A stretch of DNA of 61,939 bases, the filler included. It is 2 parts of 2 records of this genome, joined end to end, with 100 filler letters (N's around TTAATTAATTAA, not from the genome) between each part and the next. Parts side by side here need not be neighbours in the genome. Positions count along the whole stretch, not along the records: positions 30,059 to 61,939 come from SRR20825006_2641; 1 more part is not named here. One strand, 5' to 3'. Position 1 is the stretch's first letter, and every line of letters starts with the position of its first letter. The notes below the pieces were generated by a model that was not told the origin of the DNA, ran no database searches, and saw nothing but the letters and a program-made list of their open reading frames with translations. The position numbers and the translations under genes are program-made. This document shows, in pieces, positions 33,569-43,104 of this stretch.

Positions 33569-33669
33569 GCTGAAAGCCTGACGCCTGACTCCAATCAGTG
33601 TAAGTGCGCAGCTAAGTCACCAGGCACGAAGCTTTATCTTTGTCAGGCATCCAGCATCTGGCGTCAGGC
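33569..33669. repeat. Inverted heptamer microrepeat arrays in the aroC-MFS spacer
   Basis: GCTGAAA GCCTGAC GCCTGAC ... GTCAGGC ATCCAGC ATCTGGC GTCAGGC. Confidence 0.75.
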
Positions 33670-33674
33670 GTTAC

Positions 33675-34766
33675 TTACCCCGGAATCGGTGCAAACGGCG
33701 GCACCACGTCCCCATTCTGACCACGGTGGCGCAGATAATGATCCATCAGCACGATAGCCAGCATGGCTTCAGCAATGGGCGTGGCGCGAACCCCGACACA
33801 AGGATCGTGGCGCCCCTTGGTCACTACCTCGGCGGGCTCACCGTCCAGCCCGATGCTCTTGCCGGGAATCAGAATACTGGAAGTGGGCTTGAGCGCCATG
33901 GCCACACGCACCGTCTGCCCGGAACTGATGCCACCCAGCACGCCGCCAGCGTGGTTACTCAAAAAACCGTCCGGGGTCATTTCATCACGATGCTGTTCGC
34001 CGCGTTGATTCACCACCGCAAAGCCGTCACCGACTTCCACCCCCTTCACCGCATTGATGGACATCATTGCCTTGGCCAGATCCGCGTCAATGCGATCAAA
34101 AACCGGCTCGCCCCAGCCGGGCGGCACGCCATCGGCAAACACTTCCACGCGGGCGCCGATGGAAGAGCCGTCTTTGCGCAGTGCATTGATCAGGTCTTCC
34201 AGGGCCGGCACCTTGCTTTCATCCGGGAAGAAGAACGGGTTCTTGTTCACCACCGACCAGTCACAGGACTCGGCCTTCACATCACCAATCTGGGTACAGC
34301 CACCATAGATACGGATGCCCAGGCGCTGCTCCAGGAATTTGCGGGCAATGGCGCCGCCGGCCACGCGCATGGCCGTTTCCCGGGCAGAGGAACGTCCGCC
34401 GCCGCGGTAATCGCGGAAACCGTACTTCTGGGTGTAGGTGTAATCCGCATGGCCAGGACGGAAAGTGCCAGCGATGTTGGAGTAATCCTTGGATTTCTGG
34501 TCGGTATTCTCGATTAGCAAGCCAATGGACGTGCCGGTGGTCTTACCTTCGAACACCCCGGAGAGAATCTTCACCTGGTCCGGTTCACGCCGTTGGGTGG
34601 TGTAGCGGCTGGTGCCCGGCTTACGGCGGTCCAGTTCAACCTGCAGGTCCGCTTCACTGATTTCCAGGCCCGGGGGGCAGCCGTCCACGATAGCGCCCAG
34701 GGCGGGACCATGACTTTCACCGAAAGTGGTAATGCGAAAACGCTCACCGAAACTGTTACCGGACAT
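33675..34766 (-). CDS. aroC: Chorismate synthase
   Basis: [30 protein letters not shown]. Confidence 0.98.
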   Translation of the reverse strand: MSGNSFGERFRITTFGESHGPALGAIVDGCPPGLEISEADLQVELDRRKPGTSRYTTQRREPDQVKILSGVFEGKTTGTSIGLLIENTDQKSKDYSNIAGTFRPGHADYTYTQKYGFRDYRGGGRSSARETAMRVAGGAIARKFLEQRLGIRIYGGCTQIGDVKAESCDWSVVNKNPFFFPDESKVPALEDLINALRKDGSSIGARVEVFADGVPPGWGEPVFDRIDADLAKAMMSINAVKGVEVGDGFAVVNQRGEQHRDEMTPDGFLSNHAGGVLGGISSGQTVRVAMALKPTSSILIPGKSIGLDGEPAEVVTKGRHDPCVGVRATPIAEAMLAIVLMDHYLRHRGQNGDVVPPFAPIPG

Positions 34767-34860
34767 GCTGCCCCTCTTGAAAAATTAATAAAATCAATCT
34801 ATTACCAAAAAAACCGTCAAAGCGCTTCAGGCTGACAAAGGTTCTTGCCGCATCGCTGAC

Positions 34861-35790
34861 TCAATCAGCCAGAAGATCGTCCCGGTATTCTAGCAGCTGC
34901 GCACGGGTAAGCATGAACACCCCGTGCCCGCCTCGCTCGAATTCAAACCAGAAGAACGGCACCTGGGGCCAGGTCTGCAACATGGCTTCCCAACTGTTGC
35001 CCACTTCCACGATCAGCACACCCTCTTCAGTCAGCTGATCCGGTGCATCCAGTAACAGTTTGCGCGTGAAATCGAGACCGTCATCACCAGATGCCAACGC
35101 CAGCTCTGGCTCATGACGGTACTCGTCCGGCAAACTTGCCATATCCCGGGCATCCACATAGGGCGGATTGGAGACGATCAGGTCATAGGGGCCATCCACC
35201 GCGGCCAGCCCATCGGATTGTAGCGCCCGTACCTGCTCCGCAAGCCCGTGGCGCTGGATGTTTTCCTCGCATACCGCCAATGCCTCAGCACTGATATCAC
35301 TGCCATCCACCCGCGCATGCTCAAACGCGTAGGCACAGGCGATCGCGATACAACCACTGCCGGTACACAGATCCAGCACCCGATGCACTCGGTCAGGATC
35401 GACCCAGGGCGTAAAAGATTGCTCAATCAGCTCAGCCAACGGCGAGCGCGGTATCAGCACCCGCTCATCTACATAGAAAGGCAGGCCGCAGAACCAGGCT
35501 TCATGGGTCAGATAAGGAACCGGCACGCGGTCATTCACCCGCTTGACCAACTGACTCACATAGCCACTGATTTCAGAAGGCAGTAAACGGGCATCGAGAA
35601 TCCGCGGATCACTCTGCAGCGGCAACGCCAGCTGGTGCATCAACAGGGCCAGGGCTTCGTCCCACGGGTCGTCATTACCGTGACCATAGAACACCCCGCC
35701 ACTGCGCAACATGCTTTCCCCAAAACGCAGACAGTCACGGACTGTTTGCAGGGTGGCCATGGCCTCATTCTGTTGTTGCGAACTGATCAC
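34861..35790 (-). CDS. prmB: Ribosomal protein L3 N5-glutamine methyltransferase
   Basis: YGHG, VDERVLIPRSP, LDLCTGSGCI, SNPPY; GTG start after GGAGG; upstream of aroC. Confidence 0.95.
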   Translation of the reverse strand: MISSQQQNEAMATLQTVRDCLRFGESMLRSGGVFYGHGNDDPWDEALALLMHQLALPLQSDPRILDARLLPSEISGYVSQLVKRVNDRVPVPYLTHEAWFCGLPFYVDERVLIPRSPLAELIEQSFTPWVDPDRVHRVLDLCTGSGCIAIACAYAFEHARVDGSDISAEALAVCEENIQRHGLAEQVRALQSDGLAAVDGPYDLIVSNPPYVDARDMASLPDEYRHEPELALASGDDGLDFTRKLLLDAPDQLTEEGVLIVEVGNSWEAMLQTWPQVPFFWFEFERGGHGVFMLTRAQLLEYRDDLLAD

Positions 35791-35950
35791 GCATCCACCT
35801 CCACCGGCACTCCGCCGACAACACGCTGCTGACAACTGCGCCGATCACCCTTGATCCTGCACCGTTGACGCACACCCGTAAAAAGAAGCGCTGAAGATTA
35901 GCACAGAATCGGTTATAAAAGCCTGTCACGCTTGCAGTAAAAGGACAGTA

Positions 35951-36325
35951 ATGAGTGCGGTTACGGTAACGCAGGACGGCCCCTTCGCCCTGGTCGAGCT
36001 AAAGAAAGGCACCCAGGTGGACATGCGCGTTCAATTGTCCATTTACCGCCAACGGCTACGTTTGTTCAATCAGCACCAGCAACGTAAACAGCTCACCATT
36101 TACGTCGGCCATATCAAAGGACTGGATTACACCGCCGCCCGCTACTCCTGTGGCGAGGATTTTGCGCAAATTACCGAAGCCAAGGCCATGGTGCTGGAAA
36201 GCGTACTCAACCGAACCTTTGCCAATATGATGCTGAAGCTTAACAAACCGGCCTTTCCCGTTTACATTTGTGGCAGCATCAGCCAGGCCAAGGAGTGCCT
36301 TCTCAAACATCACCCACAGGAGTGA
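35951..36325 (+). CDS. Hypothetical protein, SpoIIAA/STAS-SEC14-like
   Basis: AARY...AMVLESVLNRTFANMMLKLNKPAFPV...AKECL pattern resembles SpoIIAA-like proteins. Confidence 0.55.
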   Translation: MSAVTVTQDGPFALVELKKGTQVDMRVQLSIYRQRLRLFNQHQQRKQLTIYVGHIKGLDYTAARYSCGEDFAQITEAKAMVLESVLNRTFANMMLKLNKPAFPVYICGSISQAKECLLKHHPQE

Positions 36326-36801
36326 GCACTATCTGGTTATTAAAGACAGAACCGGATGCCTTTAGCATCGATGATCTACGCAACAGCAAGAATGCCACCA
36401 GCGGCTGGGATGGCGTGCGCAATTACCAGGCTCGCAACCGCCTGCGTGACGAGATGAAAGCCGGCGATACCGTACTGATTTATCATTCCAGCTGTGCGGT
36501 TCCCGCCATTGTTGGCGAAGCCCGCGTCACCAGCGCCCCCTACCCCGACCCGACCCAGTTCGACCCCGATGCGGATGGCTATGATCCACGCAGCACTCGC
36601 GAAATGCCCCGCTGGTATCAGGCCGATATACAGTTCGTCTGCCACTACCCGCAGCCCTTGACGCTAAAACAGATCAAACACCATCCCGAATTTGCCGACA
36701 TGGAGCTTGTGGTGCGGCCTCGCCTGTCTGTACAGAAAGTGTCCGAGCGGCAGCTCCAGCTCATCCGGCAGATGGGCCAGCCCGTGGATGCCACCGCATA
36801 G
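36322..36801 (+). CDS. EVE-domain protein
   Basis: WLLKTEP, WDGVRNYQARN, YHSSC, YPDPTQFD, RLSVQ; GTG start overlaps the upstream stop. Confidence 0.93.
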   Translation: MSTIWLLKTEPDAFSIDDLRNSKNATSGWDGVRNYQARNRLRDEMKAGDTVLIYHSSCAVPAIVGEARVTSAPYPDPTQFDPDADGYDPRSTREMPRWYQADIQFVCHYPQPLTLKQIKHHPEFADMELVVRPRLSVQKVSERQLQLIRQMGQPVDATA

Positions 36802-36829
36802 GGCACATTGCGCACCACAAAAAACCTCA

Positions 36830-36844
36830 GCACCACAACAGGGC
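36830..36844. promoter_or_regulatory. Putative NtrC enhancer site
   Basis: GCAC-N7-GGGC (consensus GCAC-N7-GTGC), plus a second GCACCA half-site at 36812. Confidence 0.5.
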
Positions 36845-36897
36845 ACTCGTTAAGACAAAAGAACTACAAAACCCCTGATTCCGTCGGCCTTACGCAC

Positions 36898-36913
36898 TGG
36901 CACAGCGGTTGCA
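36898..36913 (+). promoter_or_regulatory. Sigma54 (-24/-12) promoter of amtB
   Basis: TGGCAC-AGCGG-TTGCA matches TGGCAC-N5-TTGCW exactly. Confidence 0.85.
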
Positions 36914-36937
36914 ATCCCCTCTCATAATCAATAACGA

Positions 36938-38263
36938 ATGGGATTCACCGCTATGCTGTTGCGACGCTATCACTGGCTTTCTCTGCTGATTCTTCCCGGG
37001 TTCGCTCACGCCGATACCCTGACTGCCACCGATACCGTCTGGATTGCCATCGCCGCGGCGCTGGTGTTTTTCATGCAGGCGGGCTTTGCACTGCTTGAGA
37101 GCGGCCTTAGCCGGGCAAAGAACTCGCTGAACGTGGTCATGAAGAACTACATGGACCTGTGTGTTGGCACCCTGGTGTTCTGGGCCGTGGGCTTCGGGCT
37201 GATGTTCGGCACAAGCACCAATGGCTGGTTCGGGCAGGATCAATTCATGCTCAACCAGGCCGATGACAGCACCTGGGTCATACTCCTGTTCCAGATCATG
37301 TTCGCGGCTACTGCCGCCACCATTGCCTCCGGCGCCATGGCGGAACGCACCCGCTACGTGGGGTATTTGTGCGGCGCAGTGGTGATTACCGGCCTTATCT
37401 ACCCGCTATTCGGCAACTGGGCCTGGAACAGCAATGGCTGGCTGGCCCGGATGGGCTTTATCGATTTCGCCGGCTCCACGGTGGTCCACAGCATCGGTGG
37501 CTGGTGCGCACTGGCCGGTATTATGGTGGTAGGCCCGCGCTTGGGTCGTTTCGATAGCCAGGGCAACCCGCGCACTATTCCCGGCCATAACCTTTCCTAT
37601 GTGGCATTGGGCGGCTTCATACTCTGGTTCGGCTGGTTTGGCTTCAACGGGGGCTCCACCCTCTCTGCCAGCGTGGATATCGCCAAGGTGAATCTGAATA
37701 CCCAGCTGGCCGCCGCGGCCGGTGCCGTAGGCAGCGTCATCTATCGGATGGTAAGTCGTCGCCCGGTACTGCTGACAGAAACCGTGAATGGCAGCCTGGC
37801 GGGGCTGGTGGCGGTGACCGCCGGCTGCGCCGTCATGGCACCCGGTTTTGCCGTCATCACCGGCCTGGTGGCCGGCGCGCTGGCGGCCTTCGGCGCCCGC
37901 ATTCTGCTCGCCTTCCGCCTTGATGACGTGGTCGGTGCCGTTCCTGTGCATGCCTTCGCTGGTGCCTGGGGCACCCTGGCTGCCGGTCTGTTCTACGACG
38001 GCGACCTGTTCAACGGCCAGCGCGTGATGGTGCAACTGCTGGGCATAATAGTGGCATTCGGCTGGGCATTCTTCACCGCACTGATCATGTACATGCTGGT
38101 ATCCATTCTGGCAGGACTGCGGGCGCCGGCGCTGCACGAACAACGGGGTCTGGACCTCAGCGAGCACGCGGAAACCGGCTACCCGGAATTCCCTCAGAAC
38201 ACGCTCTACAACAGTGATACCTACAACGCAGACAAAGCCCGCGGGCAGGAGCTGCGTCCATGA
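36938..38263 (+). CDS. amtB: Ammonium transporter
   Basis: FFMQAGF, GAMAER, DFAGSTVVH, WFGWFGFNGGS, DDVVGAVPVH (both conserved His); the start may be ATG 36953. Confidence 0.96.
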   Translation: MGFTAMLLRRYHWLSLLILPGFAHADTLTATDTVWIAIAAALVFFMQAGFALLESGLSRAKNSLNVVMKNYMDLCVGTLVFWAVGFGLMFGTSTNGWFGQDQFMLNQADDSTWVILLFQIMFAATAATIASGAMAERTRYVGYLCGAVVITGLIYPLFGNWAWNSNGWLARMGFIDFAGSTVVHSIGGWCALAGIMVVGPRLGRFDSQGNPRTIPGHNLSYVALGGFILWFGWFGFNGGSTLSASVDIAKVNLNTQLAAAAGAVGSVIYRMVSRRPVLLTETVNGSLAGLVAVTAGCAVMAPGFAVITGLVAGALAAFGARILLAFRLDDVVGAVPVHAFAGAWGTLAAGLFYDGDLFNGQRVMVQLLGIIVAFGWAFFTALIMYMLVSILAGLRAPALHEQRGLDLSEHAETGYPEFPQNTLYNSDTYNADKARGQELRP

Positions 38264-38892
38264 GCCCGGCAGCTATTAGCCAAAACCTCCAACGTCGGCG
38301 ACGCGCTATCGTCACCGGCCTGGCGCCCTACATGAATGAGCCGGTACTGCTGGAGGCGATCAGCCACTGGCAGCTGCATTACGCGGAACGACCGAGCTTT
38401 TCCCTGCAAGGCTTTGTCAGCGATCTATGCCGGCTGTTCGACATGGGCGAACGGCGCCACCATATTCACATGAGTTTGGTACAAGCGATGACGCTGTCCG
38501 ACAGCGAACTTGCCGCCGATCCATTGGCCAACAGCAATGACAACCACACCGAAGCGCACCCGTGCACCCATGCGTTTCAGTGCCTGCTGCAGGCCCTGTG
38601 GCAGAGACTTGGCAAACGGGCAGCCACCCAGTTACAGCTTGATCTGGGGGCACAACTGCGCCAGGCCAGTGTTAGTGCCGAAACCCGACTGACCATGGAA
38701 TACTGGCTGCAATCACCGGACAAATCACTAAGCCCCCTGCCCCTGGCCAGCTTGCGTGACCAACTGAACCGCACCTATGTCCTGTTATGCGAACAGCTGG
38801 GGCCTGTCGAAGCGGATCAGCAACTCAAGGCTGCTTACCAGGCAACTCTGGCCCTGCTGGATGACAAGGAGGCCCTGCAATCCCTGATGTAG
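38260..38892 (+). CDS. Hypothetical helical protein translationally coupled to amtB
   Basis: ATGA overlap; 210 aa; no recognised motif. Confidence 0.8.
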   Translation: MSPAAISQNLQRRRRAIVTGLAPYMNEPVLLEAISHWQLHYAERPSFSLQGFVSDLCRLFDMGERRHHIHMSLVQAMTLSDSELAADPLANSNDNHTEAHPCTHAFQCLLQALWQRLGKRAATQLQLDLGAQLRQASVSAETRLTMEYWLQSPDKSLSPLPLASLRDQLNRTYVLLCEQLGPVEADQQLKAAYQATLALLDDKEALQSLM

Positions 38893-38986
38893 CACTGCCC
38901 CGCTGTGCACAGAGACAGGATCAGGTACCCTCAGGAATGGAATGAGTAAAGGCACGGGTAACCATGATGGTCACCAGGGGGAGACA

Positions 38987-40321
38987 GTGAAATTACACCA
39001 CCAGATATTCATTGCCATGCTCGCCGGCGCATTGGCAGGCAGTTTCACCGCCGAATCCAGCACGCTGTTCGGGTTGCCTGTGCTCGGTGGCTACGATCTG
39101 GTGGGAACCCTGTTTATCAATGCCCTGAAAATGGTCGTCATCCCGCTGATTGTGACGGCCATTATCAACGGCATGGTGGGCGTCGGTGATGGGCAGAATC
39201 TGGGCCGGATGGGCCTGAAAACCGTTGCCCTGTACATGACCACCACCCTGGTAGCCGTGCTGATCGGCCTCACTGTGGTCAATCTGTTCAGCCCCGGCAT
39301 TATCAATGATCAGCCCGCCCGGGAGTTACTCGGCCTGGCCACGGAAACCGAGGATGCGCTGGCTAAAATTGAAGGCCGCGGGGCCGGTGATTTCACCGAC
39401 ATCCTCCGCCAGATGCTGCCGCCCAACCTGATAGCGGCGGCAGCCAACGGCCAAATGCTGGGATTGATCGTCTTTTCGCTACTGTTCGGCTTTTTCCTGC
39501 GTACCGAGCGCTCGCCCTCCGGCCAAAGCCTGCGCAATATTATCGACGGCATTTACCAGGTAGTGATGAAAATCACCATGCTGGTCATCCGCTTCACCCC
39601 GCTGGGCGTCTTTGCCCTGATCGCCGCGACCGTAACCCGCACCGGCATGGATGCCATCGAGCCACTCGCCTGGTTCTTCCTCACCGTACTGGTAGCACTG
39701 GGCCTACATGCTTTTGTTTTCATGCCGATCCTGATTGCCCTGGCAACCAAGCGCTCACCACTTCGCCATATCCAGGCCATGATGCCCGCGCTACTCACCG
39801 CATTCTCCTCTGCCAGTTCGGCCGCAACGCTGCCTCTGACCATGGAATGTGTGCAGAAACGCTCCGGGGTATCGACACGCACCAGCAGCTTCGTGCTGCC
39901 GTTGGGCGCCACCGTCAACATGGATGGAACCGCCCTGTATGAGTGTGTAGCGGCCATGTTCATCGCTCAGGCCTACGGCATGGACCTGTCGCTGACCACC
40001 CAGTTCATGATCGTGATCACCGCTCTGCTCACCTCCATCGGCGTGGCCAGCATTCCCGCTGCGTCACTGGTGGCGATTACGGTGATTCTTGGCGCCATCG
40101 GCCTGCCGGCGGAAGCCATCGGGCTGATTCTTGTCACCGACCGCGTACTGGATATGTGCCGCACGGCGGTCAACGTCTGGGGCGATAGCGTGGTCACCGT
40201 GGTGCTGGCACGGAGTGAAGGGGAAGAACAGGTGTTGTCGCTACCGGTCTCCGAGATGGAAACGGTAACGACAACAGCCGGACATACGGACCGAGATGCA
40301 ACCGTCAGTGAACAGCCTTAG
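38987..40321 (+). CDS. Dicarboxylate/amino acid:cation symporter (GltP family)
   Basis: AFSSASSAATLP, PLGATVNMDGT, DRVLDMCRTAVNVWGD. Confidence 0.95.
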   Translation: MKLHHQIFIAMLAGALAGSFTAESSTLFGLPVLGGYDLVGTLFINALKMVVIPLIVTAIINGMVGVGDGQNLGRMGLKTVALYMTTTLVAVLIGLTVVNLFSPGIINDQPARELLGLATETEDALAKIEGRGAGDFTDILRQMLPPNLIAAAANGQMLGLIVFSLLFGFFLRTERSPSGQSLRNIIDGIYQVVMKITMLVIRFTPLGVFALIAATVTRTGMDAIEPLAWFFLTVLVALGLHAFVFMPILIALATKRSPLRHIQAMMPALLTAFSSASSAATLPLTMECVQKRSGVSTRTSSFVLPLGATVNMDGTALYECVAAMFIAQAYGMDLSLTTQFMIVITALLTSIGVASIPAASLVAITVILGAIGLPAEAIGLILVTDRVLDMCRTAVNVWGDSVVTVVLARSEGEEQVLSLPVSEMETVTTTAGHTDRDATVSEQP

Positions 40322-40527
40322 AATGCGTGTGCAGACCCGCTATTATCCCAGTCGCGCTTGATGGCAACAGCAGCACTGCCAATAACAGGCACCATGCAGG
40401 CAAACGCCAGCATTGCGGAAAACAGGTTTTCACCGTTGTTTTCAAGGCCTGAAACGAGCAAAACCGTTACGGCAACCGCAATCATCAGGGCCAGGGTATC
40501 TTTGAACAAACGTGAGAATAAAGTCAT
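40318..40527 (-). CDS. Small two-TM membrane protein
   Basis: AAGGGAG RBS before ATG 40527; two hydrophobic segments. Confidence 0.6.
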   Translation of the reverse strand: MTLFSRLFKDTLALMIAVAVTVLLVSGLENNGENLFSAMLAFACMVPVIGSAAVAIKRDWDNSGSAHAF

Positions 40528-40639
40528 AACAATTGCTCCCTTTAATGCTTCATGTGAACACATGTTAACTTTATAATTCACCAAGTCAACACCTGTTCAC
40601 AACATTACTTTTGCTTCGCTTCTCGCCTATGGAGGCACG

Positions 40640-41461
40640 TTGAAACAATCGCCCACCCTCCTTATTACCCACGGCTGCAGTCCACTCGGCCAGGCCTTGG
40701 CCCGTGCTGCCGCCGGCCACTACCGGGTTGCCATCGCCAGTGACGACACACGCACCGGCAGTGCGCTGTGCCGCAGCCTGCATGAAGACGGCCATGAAGC
40801 CCTCTTCATCGAGACAACCACGGGGAATGCTCAGGATATTCAACGGGGTATAAATCGGGTTCTGCGCCGCTGGCAGCAGTTGGATGTGATCATTAACCTG
40901 CCTGGAAACCTGCTGGTAGGGCCTTTTGAAGCCACCCAGGAACAACAGTGGCAAACGCTGGCCAGCGAGCAGAACATGCACGTCGTGCACAACTGCCAAA
41001 GTGCCCTGACGGCCATGAAGAAGCAGGGAAACGGAAGAATTATTAATGTGGTGCCCGATTGCGGTTTACTGGCCGGACCGCTGACATCCGCAAGCAGCAG
41101 CACCTACGCAGGTATTGTCGCCCTCACCGAAAGCCTGAACAGCGAACTGGCCAGCGGCCCGGTCAACGCCACCCTCATCGCACTGCCCCTTTACCGGGAG
41201 CTGTCTGAACAGCTGGATGCCACGGACCCGCTCAGCCAGGCCCGCTTTGAACGCAAGATCCGTGACAGCCTGGATACTGCGCAGTCCCTGAGTGCCGATA
41301 TCATGGCCATGCTGGACAAAGCCGAGAGCGCAGCAACCCTGCACCTTCCCTCAGCGCCTACCCGGGCGCACTGGCGCCTTAAACGCTGGTTCAGAAAACG
41401 CTGGGATAACAAAATGCAGCAACGCGGACAGCGCTATCGCCGCAGGGATCCCGAACCGTAA
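40640..41461 (+). CDS. SDR-family protein with degenerate motifs
   Basis: Rossmann layout (LDVIIN, GRIINV, LTESLNSEL), but THGCSPLG replaces TGxxxGxG and there is no YxxxK. Confidence 0.8.
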   Translation: MKQSPTLLITHGCSPLGQALARAAAGHYRVAIASDDTRTGSALCRSLHEDGHEALFIETTTGNAQDIQRGINRVLRRWQQLDVIINLPGNLLVGPFEATQEQQWQTLASEQNMHVVHNCQSALTAMKKQGNGRIINVVPDCGLLAGPLTSASSSTYAGIVALTESLNSELASGPVNATLIALPLYRELSEQLDATDPLSQARFERKIRDSLDTAQSLSADIMAMLDKAESAATLHLPSAPTRAHWRLKRWFRKRWDNKMQQRGQRYRRRDPEP

Positions 41462-41512
41462 ACCGGGGCTGGCGCAGGCTGCTCGAGAAAGCATTGGCAC
41501 CGCGATAACAGA

Positions 41513-42019
41513 CTAGGCAAAGGTCTCCACATAGCGCAGCGTATGCCGGTAATCCCCCGCCAGGGCATCATCAATTTTCGGTGCGACCAGCGATACCAGT
41601 TTTTTGCCCACCAGTGGCACCGAACTGCTTATTTCCACTTCGGTATGCTGAACCGCTTCCTTGTCGTCCCCGGTGAGTACCATGACACCACTGATTTTCA
41701 TGGGAACATTGCCCAACTCAAACCGGTACTCGGCCTGATAGCGGCCGGCCTGTGTGGTGGGCGTCCAGAGAAATTCTGTCAGCAAATCCGCGCTTTCCGG
41801 CAAGAAACGACGTGCCATGGACGGCACCTTGTCTGTGCGTATTTCGATGGGCTGGATCAGCTGAATCAACCTTCCCCGCGACGTATCCTCAAAGGCGCCA
41901 AAACGGTAATTGTCCACCTTGCTCCATTCATAGCGTGTCTCATAAAACGCTTTGCTCGTCAGGATTTCGTAAAGCCGGTCCACACCGATGGGGTACTGGC
42001 GGTCAACCATTACTTTCAT
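41513..42019 (-). CDS. DUF2505-family (START/SRPBCC-like) protein
   Basis: VPSMARRFL and SSVPLVGKKL motifs; typical size. Confidence 0.7.
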   Translation of the reverse strand: MKVMVDRQYPIGVDRLYEILTSKAFYETRYEWSKVDNYRFGAFEDTSRGRLIQLIQPIEIRTDKVPSMARRFLPESADLLTEFLWTPTTQAGRYQAEYRFELGNVPMKISGVMVLTGDDKEAVQHTEVEISSSVPLVGKKLVSLVAPKIDDALAGDYRHTLRYVETFA

Positions 42020-43104
42020 ACTGTCTCCTGCCCTGAGGCCACCCGCTTCATTAACTGTAACAGCGGTGTCAGCTGGCGTTTCAAATCCGGCAAGGCACTG
42101 ACAACGGGACGGGATTTCCCCGCACGCAACAGCGCCAATGCCTGTTCAATCGTTAATATGGGGGCCGCGTCATCCACCGACAAGGTGGTGTCAGCATCAT
42201 CACTGAGTACCGCACCCGGCCCCAGGTTGCGGGCCTGTTTCAACTGTTCATCCAGCGTCAGCTGTACCTGACGCGGCGTCAATCCCGCATGAGCAGCCGG
42301 GGTCTGAATAATCACAGTCAGAGGCAAACGCTGCACCTTGCCCCGAAACTGAAAGGCCAGCTTTTCGCTGACTTTCAACGCTCGTTCCACAAACCGTTTG
42401 GCGCCCGCCGGCCCGGCACTGGGCAGAAGCACAGTAAATTGCGCCACGCTGCTACGCGCCAGGGAATCTTCCTTGCGGATCACTCCCCGCAGTGATTGCG
42501 CCAACTTCAACAACACCATATCCGTTCGCTTTTTACCAAGCTGTACGAAAAGTTGATTGAATTGGTAAATCTCCAGTTGCACGACTGATAGCTTGTACTG
42601 CTGGCGCGCGGCCAATGCCAGCTCCTGGCGCAAGCGGTGCTCCAGGTAACGGCGGTTGCCAAGCCGGGTCAGCGGGTCAATCATTGCCTGCTTGGCCAGC
42701 TCCTTGCGCTCGTTCTGGTAATTGGCATGGGCTCTGGCCCGGGCCAGCAAATCCGTGGAATTAAACGGCTTGCTGATAAAATCCGTTCCTCCCAGGCGCA
42801 GCGCTTCTGCCCGGGCCTCTTCATCATTTTCCGCACCGGTAACAATGATGACCGGCAACCCAGCGATACCTTCATCCTCACTTGTGCGAATTTTTTTCAG
42901 CAATGCAAAGCCATCCATCTCCGGCATGGCCAGGTCAGAAAACACCACACTGATGGACGGGTTGTTCGTAATCATGGTCCAGGCCTGGAGGCCATTTTCA
43001 GCCACTTCGACACGAAACTCGCCACCGAGCATCTTGTCTGCCGCCAGGCGCATTACCTTGGAGTCATCCACAAACAGCAGTAAGGGTTTAGGCGCCTTAT
43101 CCAT
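42016..43104 (-). CDS. Response regulator with degenerate GGDEF domain
   Basis: REC motifs DD, D(LAMP), T and KP intact; DPLTRLGNRR present, but the active site reads RSSVAQF. Confidence 0.88.
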   Translation of the reverse strand: MDKAPKPLLLFVDDSKVMRLAADKMLGGEFRVEVAENGLQAWTMITNNPSISVVFSDLAMPEMDGFALLKKIRTSEDEGIAGLPVIIVTGAENDEEARAEALRLGGTDFISKPFNSTDLLARARAHANYQNERKELAKQAMIDPLTRLGNRRYLEHRLRQELALAARQQYKLSVVQLEIYQFNQLFVQLGKKRTDMVLLKLAQSLRGVIRKEDSLARSSVAQFTVLLPSAGPAGAKRFVERALKVSEKLAFQFRGKVQRLPLTVIIQTPAAHAGLTPRQVQLTLDEQLKQARNLGPGAVLSDDADTTLSVDDAAPILTIEQALALLRAGKSRPVVSALPDLKRQLTPLLQLMKRVASGQETV

